A stretch of DNA of 63,317 nt, filler included, from Guillardia theta CCMP2712 (lineage: Eukaryota; Protista; Cryptophyta), in assembly GCF_000315625.1 (NCBI RefSeq). It is 5 parts of 5 records of this genome, joined end to end, with 100 filler letters (N's around TTAATTAATTAA, not from the genome) between each part and the next. Parts side by side here need not be neighbours in the genome. Positions count along the whole stretch, not along the records: positions 30,667 to 61,729 come from NW_005434567.1; positions 61,830 to 63,317 come from NW_005434529.1; 3 more parts are not named here. One strand, 5' to 3'. Numbering within the stretch: the first letter of the stretch is position 1; the number at the start of each line of letters is the position of its first letter. This document shows positions 48,920 to 63,317 of this stretch, one piece after another. The translations under genes and the position numbers were made by a program. The notes under the pieces were generated by a model that was not told where the DNA came from, did no database searches, and saw only the letters and a list, made by a program, of their open reading frames with translations.

Positions 48920-49520
48920 AAGCAGTAGAGTGGGCGGCAGTGACCGGGGAGGAACTTCCGGGGCTGCTGGAGCAGTCACGTTAGAGATGGCGGTAGGGTA
49001 GTACGAGCCTCGGAGGAAGCTGCCGCAGTGCTGAACTGAGCAGTAGAGTGGGCCGCGCGGTAGTACAGTAGACTCTCCGATGTCGGTAGTACGAGGAAGG
49101 CAGTAGAGATGTCCGATCGGTAGTACGAGGAAGGCTGTTGAAGCAGTAGAGTGGGCGGTAGTATAGTAGAGATGTCGGTAGTACGAGGAAGTGCTCCTGG
49201 TAGTAACGGTGTGACCGGCGGTGTGCCTGTGCCACCGTGTGTAATAATATATTGGAGGAGTTATGGTTTCCTAATTTATAGTAACGGCCACAGCAAGTTT
49301 GTGTAACGGATATGTAACGGATAAAGTGGTACGTAGCTTCTCTCACAACACCGGTGGTGGTCAAAATATATTGGAAGGAGGGGTGGGGGGTTGCCAAAAG
49401 CAGATACGATCCAAAAACTATTGTACAAATGACATACAATGGTAATAAAAGACCCCCTGTGGGGTAGGGTAGTCTGGTTGGAGGGTAGAATTTAGGATGA
49501 AAGGTGGGGTAGTGGTGGTA
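48920..49520. promoter_or_regulatory. Bidirectional upstream element with shuffled ggtagtacgaggaag / gcagtagag repeats and GGGGT tracts
   Basis: cggtagtacgaggaag at ~49084, ~49118 and ~49175, and gcagtagagtgggc at ~48922, ~49040 and ~49143. Between divergent genes. Confidence 0.45.
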
Positions 49521-50398
49521 TGAGGTACAACTGCAGGGATGAGTCCCCAGAATGGCGGCAGCAAAGAAAAATGACCGTGAAAACCGAAGGAAGGCGGGAG
49601 GGGAGGAGAGATGGAGGAGGAACGGTTTGAGGATGTGGGGGAGCAAAGATGGAGAACACCAGGGGAAAGATGAAGCAGCATGGTAAGAAGTGAAGGAACG
49701 AATAGACAAGCAGCGACCGTAATCGGTCAGGGCGTTTCATTTCACAAGATCAAGCGGGAGTTGAGAGAGAAGGAGCTACAGAGGGAAATTTACACAAAAG
49801 GGTATAAGAGGAACGAGAGAAGAGTGAAGTTGAACAAGGAGGAAGCGGTCTTTACGAGGGAGGGAGGGGACAGTGACGAGTTGCAAGATGAGGTGCAAAA
49901 AGGGAAGTGGAAATGAGGTAGGCGAATTGATGGCAGGCAGTAACTATTAGCAATCACAAACAAAAACGAATGATAAGTCCAATTTTTTCGTCTTGGAAGA
50001 AAGATGATTAAGCACAAAGAAATGGAGAAGGAGGAGGAGGAGACGGTAAGAACAGGAGATGTCGACATTGGAATGCAATAAGAGAAGAGAACAGAACAGT
50101 GCAGAGCAGAGCAGAGCAGAGCAGGGCAGGGCAGAGCAGAGCAGAGAACAAAATATTGTCAAGAATTCCACTTGATGATGCTGACAATGTCTTTAGCTAA
50201 TAGCTCATTTCTCGTACCCGCGGGATATTAGAAAAGTCGAAATTTGCTCGCACCAGGTAGAAAGTCAAGATACCGTTGAAAAGCTATCATTACTGATTCG
50301 ACCAATGCAGTGAAGAGGTTGATGTGCTAAAAATACTATCTCGACAGCTCGGACTCAATATTTTACTTGCTGTACCCGAATCACCGACATTCTCCACC

Positions 50399-51787
50399 AT
50401 GGACGCGTTAGTTAGGCAGAAGTCTTCACAAGTCCTCATGGATCAGATGGTAGACGTGCAGACAAAGGACCACATGGATCATACGTAAGTGATCACTTCC
50501 TTATATAATACTTCGCGCTCACAGCTAAGATGCATCTTTAGATTTGCTGGAATCATGTTCGACGTGAGGGTTCGAGACCTTCCTTTTGAGTACATCGAAA
50601 TCTCTTCCATCTGGATCAGAGGGAATCTCGGCCCAATTACGATCTGGAGCACTAGCGGAGGGTTTGAGGGGAAGCACGAAAATTGCTCACAGGTGCTGTA
50701 TTTGTTGGATTTTCAAAAGGTAGGAAAGCAAAGATGTCAGCCCTTACTCGTCATTTTGCAGTGGCAACGACACTACAGCAATATTCATATGCCCAGTATG
50801 CTTGAACTGCAAGAAATGCAACTAGATGTGCCAATCAGGTTCAGCCAAGCCGAGACGAAAGGCGAGCTGAGAGAATCTTTTCTAAGAGGAATACTGATCG
50901 TTAGATGGTCCAGGTATCTATATTCATGCTGCCGAAATGGGAGATGAGCAGATCGTCTACGACAACAAGAGAGGAGATATCACCTACTCTGTGATTAGTT
51001 TGCGTTCAGTTTTGCAAGTTTGATGGGCTCATAGGACTCTTACCTGGACATCCTGCCTGGCATTGCGCACCTTGCCGATGTTCCTTTCTCTGGAGAAAAT
51101 CAAGATATTGTGATGCCCTGAACTGCGCAGGGCCATATACTGACCTGTCTCTGCCTGTTGTCTTGTTGTAGTTTTATGGATGGTGGGGCCCTCCCTGGAG
51201 AGACAGGCGGGAGTTTGTTGGCAGGTGAGAGGCCTGGCAGAGGCTCTTGCAGACAGTGAATGAAGATTGGACAGACTGCAATACGGCATCAAATGGTTGA
51301 GATGGAACCCTGAGGTCCATTGCCATTTCCCCGCAATTTTTAGAGAGTGAGTACCCATCGAGCTGACGTGCTGGCCCTTGTGGTGAATTCGTTCCTCCAG
51401 GATGATATGGACCCTGCTCATGTCTCGCCACCCTCGATCTCGCTGCAGGTCAAACCGAAAATGGTGTTTGAAATATCCAAGTTTGACGTATTCCTATCTG
51501 CTCCAGTATCCTTTACTGGCTCGATCATGACCAGCTCCTTTACGTGATCAATTGTGTGAATTGGTGGGAGAATTCGCAGCTGCTCGAACAAATTGCTGTG
51601 AGAAGCTTCTCAGTCTTGACGCCTGCGGCTGACGCTCATTACAGAATCCAGCCGGAGAACAAAAAAGAGTCAACAAGAGATTTGGTGACAAATGCAGAGC
51701 GATCTATCGGTAGAGTTGTAATGCTGTTGATATTTAGTCTAATTTTCTGATTCAGATGGTTTTCAAAGAGTTTGTCTTCTTAGCTGA
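50399..51787 (+). CDS. Conserved-looking hypothetical protein (multi-exon; start uncertain)
   Basis: Exons FAGIMFDVRVRDLPFEYIEISSIWIRGNLGPITIW, IYIHAAEMGDEQIVYDN, LDILPGIAH and LQYGIKWLRWNPEVHCHFP joined by short GT-AG introns. Confidence 0.6.
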
Positions 51788-51799
51788 CATGGCTGAACT

Positions 51800-52355
51800 T
51801 CAAGATCGGACAGCAGCCGACCATCAGCTGACTCGAGTCGTGACGGTCCGATCACCGGTCACCGCGCGCCCGGCCCGTACCCCGGTGACTGAGGGCATCG
51901 CCGGGGCCGATCGGATGATTTTGAGTGTTAGTAGCAACAGTGGAAAGTGTACTATATTACGTGACTAAGTTACTGCTTGCCTAAACCCGGCGTTGAACTA
52001 TGATCCGATCATCGGATCCCATCCCGTCCGATCGGATCCCCGCCGGTATCCTGATCGGACTGCCGGGAGAGTCACTAGTAGTCCGGCGGGACCGTACTGC
52101 CGGCCGCGGCGGGCCGCCGCCGCCGGCAGCAGCGGCCCGGCGGCGGGCCCGGTGACTCGGGGTCCCTCATGATCGGAAAGTCGGCCCGTCCGGGCCGCGC
52201 GCCGGCCGCGCGGCCGGGCCCGCCCGGCACTGCGGCATGATAGTTCAAGTTTGCCGAACTTGCTTGGAACTTCGGGACTCTTGAATGCCGGGCCCGGTAC
52301 CGGGTCGACTAGCTTGGGGCCCGGCAGGAACTTGGGAATACGGTCAGGTGGGCCG
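51800..52355. promoter_or_regulatory. GC-rich core element rich in CCGG and GATC/CCGATCGG
   Basis: tgatccgatcatcggatcccatcccgtccgatcggatcc, ccgggccgcgccggccgcgcggccgggccc and ttcaagtt. Upstream of the U2AF-like gene. Confidence 0.5.
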
Positions 52356-53107
52356 CTTTTAAAATCATGCTAGCAAGAGATTTATCGACGCCAATACCAG
52401 AGTCGATTTGATGTAACATTTCTTCGTAGAAAATAAAACTATAAAAATAAATTAAAAATAATATAATATCTTAAATAGTACTCATGTGCCACACTGTTGA
52501 AGCAGCGTCGGTACAAATTCATTCCTGCTCCGTACTGTCCTTCGAGAAGATTGTAGAGACATAAAACTAGTGGTAGCAGCTTTTTAAGATTAAATATTCC
52601 CGCAGGGGCATGCCTCGGGAGCATGGCGGCGAGCGAATTAAATGCGTGCGAGGGGAGGTGGAGAGGGAGGACGAGGTGGAGGGAGGGAGGGAGGGAGGGA
52701 GAGGAGGGAGAGAAGGGAGAGGAGGGAGGGAGGGAAGTATAACGCGAGAAGGAGAAAGAAGGGCAAAAGTATGAGAAGCTGGATCATTGATACTGCGTGA
52801 GGACGGGGGTGTAATAGGGAACAGAAATCGCCATGCACTCATTACGATTCTGATCGTATTTCGAACCAAATGTGACGTGATCTCTTCATCTTTGTGGTTT
52901 TTACTCGTGCGTGATACCTCCAGAATTTGTTCTGTCTCATGATATGCTGCAATCTCTGCTCTTTAAGAATCACTCCTACCAGTGCATTCGCTACTATCTG
53001 CATGCTAAACTTCTTTGGGCGCGTTGCACATGATCATACTCTCTAGTGCATGAAATTCGTTCCGTTGAGTTGACATGCTGTTATCAGGGCCTTTTGCTAT
53101 CCGTAAA

Positions 53108-57448
<4,341 letters not shown>

Positions 57449-57569
57449 CATGTCCAGGGCTGCAAGGTGAGCTAACGAGCGTCCTGCAGGAGACAAGGAA
57501 AAAGCAGGGTGAGGAAGGGAAGTGAGGGATAGGAATTTTGAAGGTTCGCAAGACGATTTTTGAAGGGCT

Positions 57570-59092
57570 CAGTGTCACGGTCCTGAACTTCGAACCCTAC
57601 CGGCGGCTAACTTAGCGACTGAGTCTCTCGGTGAGACTCGGCCAGGTGCCGAACATCAAGTCCAGTGGGACGTCTAAGTTGCTCCTGACTCATCGGGTGA
57701 CTGAGTAAACTGCTGACTGATGCGGCCGTGACGGTGACTGATCGTACCGTCGGCGACTCAGCCTGGGCCGCGCTGTCTCTCCGAGTCAGTGTGGCCAGGC
57801 TGACTCCACCTTGCCACCGGGCGGCTGGCCATTGTCTCCCCGCGGCGGGGGTCCGATCATCGGACCGTACGGTTACTGAGGCCCGGCCCAGCGGCCCGAG
57901 AGTCTCATGCCCCGTGACGGACCGTGCGACAGTCACGGGGCCCGGTTGAGTACTCCGATTCAAGTACCGTACCGTTACTCAGTCCCGGTGACTCAACGTG
58001 CCAGTTGGCAAGTAGATAGGCCGGGCCTGGAGCTGTCACCCGGGGTTCCGGTTAGGCTTTTTACTCCTCTCGTGACCGCATCCCCACCCGCTATCGGACG
58101 GGTTGTGATCAGTACCGATTCTGTACCGTACCAGGTTTACTCAACTTGGCACAGTTTAGTTCCAGTACCTTTGTACTGAGGTTTCTACGGTACGTCGGAG
58201 TTGGTAACAGTAGTAGTGTACCGGGGATCATGGCAGTCAATCGGAGACCAACTCCACAGTACCAGGTAGAGCAGTACTGCGGTACTAAACTGAGTCTAAG
58301 GGACTTGTACCATATCAGTACCAGGTTCCGAAATCCGCTGAGTACTGCATTGGTACAATTAGAGTCTGGTACAGTCGTATCGGAATCTGTACGATCTGAA
58401 TCGTAAATTGTAGGGCCAATATTGAAAAGATTGTACTCGGATACCGTAATTTTTACTCACTGCGGTAGCACGGGGGGTGGTATGATATAGCGGCTGGGAA
58501 AAGGAGGGGTTCAAGGTGGGAAAAGTGGGGGTGGGGTAGCCTAAAGTAGATTGAGAGATGCGCACTTGTGCCTCTGTTTGAGTGGTAAAATGAGGGGGTG
58601 GAACCGGTGGGGGGGGACATAAGGAAGTTGCCTTAAAGGGGGTAGGGTCGATGGGGGGTGGGGTCAGCAAGGGTGGGGGTACAGAAAGAGGAACCAGGTA
58701 GCTGCTGACTGGCTGCCACGAGGCTGGGGAAGACGAGGGTGGGTGAGGATATGGCAGGGGGCGAGAAGCCTGAAGGGGTGGGGGACGTGAAGATCGGTGT
58801 AAGGGGGTAGGTTATCTGAAAAGGAACCAAGGCGGCTTTCGGAGATGGGGGTGGGTACTGTGACCGATAAACCTGGTCATCGTACGGTCACGAGCAACTT
58901 GTAGTTGAACAGGGGGTGGGGTCATGACGTTATCCAGATGGAAATAGGGGTGGTAATATAATGAAGGGGTGGTTGTTGAAGGGGTAGGGTAGTTCCGAAG
59001 AAGCCGAGATGGATTCGTGTCGCTTCCTTCGCCAAGTCGCACGAAGGAGAGGAGGGGTGATTTCAAGGTTTAAAAGGGGGTAGGGTAGGGAG
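57570..59092. promoter_or_regulatory. Three-part upstream element: GAGTC/CCGG core, GTAC-dense block, GGGGT tract
   Basis: Core ~57570-58050, about 20 GTAC sites in 57950-58436, G-runs 58470-59090. Upstream of the 59492 gene. Confidence 0.55.
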
Positions 59093-59491
59093 AGATGCTA
59101 CTAGTGGATCCGCCTTGGACTATCCCTTGTTATTTCTTGATCTGCTCACCGCTGCTCCTCTTCGTCGTTGTTCTTCCTTCTCCTCCTCCTTCTCCTCCTC
59201 CTCCTCCTCCTCCTTCTCCTCCTCCTCCTCCTTCTCCTCCTCCTCCTCCTCCTCCCTTCTCCTCTTCTTCCGTGCTGTTCCCTTGCCTCATCTTCGCTCT
59301 TCTCTCATTCTCTCGTTTCCTCTCTTCTCGAACCCTGTCACTATCAACTCCATTCACTTCAGTCCACGATCTCTTGAAGCCATCCCGCCCCTCCTTGATC
59401 CTACAGGGCTACGTCAACTCCGCGCTATCATCGGCCTAATCTGTGAGAGTCGCTAGTAACTCCTTTAGCCGCCCTCACAAGGAGCGTTAGC

Positions 59492-61232
59492 ATGAAACTT
59501 GAGAGCTCGTCGAGCTTGAGTCAGGTCAACCGGCTGCTCCCCAGCGACGCCGGCATCAGCGCCCTGTGTTACCTTCCTGGTAACGAGTGGTTCTCAATGA
59601 GCGCTGTGGAAGGAAAGATGTCGAGGCTGTCAACACCCAAGGACACCCTGAGCAGGAGGAGGAAGGAGGTGGGAAGCGTTCAGTGAGCTGCTGGGAACGC
59701 TGCTGACAGCCTAGCAGGCACACGGCGACAACGTGAGGCCCAAGAGCTCGATGGGCTGTCGAACAGCAGGAGGGCTGCACACTAAAGCAAGCGAGGTGTG
59801 GAGAAACACGCGGGGTAAGTTGAAGGAACAGGGGTGGAAGTGTAGTGATATGGTCCCAGGGTCTCAGTTTCATGCTCCTCTGCGCGACTCCTTGCAGGAG
59901 AATCGGATGAGATCGTTCGACTATCAGGGTCAGGTTGAGTTGCTGCGAAGGCAGATAGCCGACTTGTCTGCGCGTGAGAAGAAGTTGAAAGAGAAACACG
60001 ACAATCTGTACATCAAGTATTCCCAAGTCTGTCTGGAGAACCGGATGCTTACGGAGCAAGTGTTTGAGCTGGAAGAATTTGTCAAGGACAAGCTGGAGGT
60101 GATCGAGCTGGAGAAGGTGATATCAGGCATGCGAGATAAGATTGAGCAGCTCGAGGAGAATCAGGACCATTGGGGGATCAAGGAATACTATGAGATCGAA
60201 AGTAGGCTGGCGGAAGGGTTCCGACGTTCTATGGAGACCGTATCTTGCCTTGAGAACGCCTTGACCACGCTTGTGGCAAATCAGAGCTCAATGGTGAGCT
60301 CTTCGCACAAGGAATCCGAGATGTTGTGCCAAGTCTTTCAGAAGATGTCGTCACTCGAACATGTGCTGAGGGGCATAACCATCACGAGCAGCTCAAGACA
60401 ACTGGAAAGCCGAAGAGAGCTTGACGCCTTGTCGGAGTCGAACAAACACCTGCAAGAGATTGTCAAGGTGATCGTGAGGGTTTGAAGGTGCGGCGCTGAC
60501 TCGTGGGGGCAGGAGTATCGAAGAGCCGATGAAAGTTTCGGTGATGAGATCACGAAGATAGCGAACTTAGACAAGTCCCTCCAGCATCTCCTATCTGAGA
60601 TTCCAATCTGCTTCGCGCAACGAGTAGACGACAATGTCAAGAACGAGCGCAAGGCGTTAAGATCTTCGCTGCAGGAGCTGCAGGAGCTGCTGGTCAAGGA
60701 GCGGGAGGAGAAGGAGGAACTTCAAAGGGCCAATCGTGCGCAGCGGGAGAGGTACTGTGAGAAGGAAGGAATGCTGAAAGAGATGGAGACTGCAATCAAG
60801 CGCCTTGAGTTGGACTTGTCCCTGAAAGATCAGTTCTGCAAGAAGCTGGAGCAGGACTATCAGCAGGTGCAGAGCAAGGCTGAGAGCAAGAGTCGGGACC
60901 AGGAGGAGCTGGAAAAGAAGTGCGGAGAGTACCAGGAGAGGATCGAGGATATGGAGGAAACGATCCAGGTCCTGTCCTCCAAGAAGTCCAAGGTAGCTGT
61001 GGTGACCCCCAAGATCTTTATCTCCCTGCCCGACAGTCAGCCGCAAGACCAGGGCTCCATCGCCCTGCCCAACAGCGTGCTGAAGAAGCTCGTGGCAGCG
61101 GAGCTGGGGTACACGCCGGAGGTGAGCTGGAGTGGTGGTTGAGGTAGAGGCTGACGCGACGAGCAGGAGCTGTTTCCGGTGTCCGGCGTCTCGGACTTGA
61201 AGAAAGTGCATGAGTTGACAAACATTGCGTAA
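59492..61232 (+). CDS. Coiled-coil protein, unknown function
   Basis: Heptad-rich exons 59899-60468 and 60513-61121 (ELLRRQIADLSAREKKLKE..., ELEKKCGEYQERIEDMEE). Last exon ELFPVSGVSDLKKVHELTNIA*. Confidence 0.7.
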
Positions 61233-61440
61233 AGAAACCCTGCCCTCCCTCAGTGCAAGACGGAGCAGAGGATGTGTACAAGAACCACTTGTAGATAAGG
61301 ACAAGTGGGAAGAAGATGTGATTTGAGAGGTTGGGTTTGCCTGTTGTTGGTATACAGCATATTAAGTGTGTAAACCAAGTTATTGCGCCTTCTCCTTCTC
61401 CTTGCTGTGTGCTCTTGTGCGCAAAAGGCTAGCAGGACTT

Positions 61441-63194
<1,754 letters not shown>

Positions 63195-63216
63195 GTCATG
63201 GGAGGAAAGCGCGGAG

Positions 63217-63292
<76 letters not shown>

Positions 63293-63317
63293 AGAGATGA
63301 TGATGATGATGATGAGT

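Overview
Gene-dense, intron-rich eukaryotic nuclear DNA from an alga with a red-lineage secondary plastid, most consistent with a cryptophyte such as Guillardia theta. This is an inference from an ASAFAP-type bipartite leader on an LHC protein, many 40-90 bp GT-AG introns, microsatellite-filled introns and nnn-TTAATTAATTAA-nnn assembly pads. About 22 genes or gene fragments are present. Recognisable ones are a double Zn2Cys6 transcription factor, enkurin, a PH/coiled-coil protein, histone H2A.Z, a secreted LNR/EF-hand/pseudo-trypsin/CUB mosaic protein, an LHC antenna protein, an NHL-repeat fragment, tandemly duplicated RWP-RK genes, a GT64-like protein, a sushi/Cys-repeat membrane protein, a cNMP-binding protein and a U2AF65-like splicing factor. 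Three signals stand out. (1) A recurring composite non-coding element (CCGG/GGCC/GAGTC/GATC/GTAC-rich core plus strand-polarised GGGGT/ACCCC tracts) lies upstream of most gene starts and is absent between convergent 3' ends. (2) A ~2.15 kb tandem amplification of a divergent RWP-RK/unknown gene pair has a first copy carrying locally templated repair scars: a 17-bp fold-back junction, a length-neutral 20-bp templated replacement and a 67-bp deletion. (3) The secreted mosaic protein has a catalytically dead serine-protease domain. I saw no CRISPR array, tRNA, rRNA or transposase. Gene models were read by eye and many exon boundaries are approximate.
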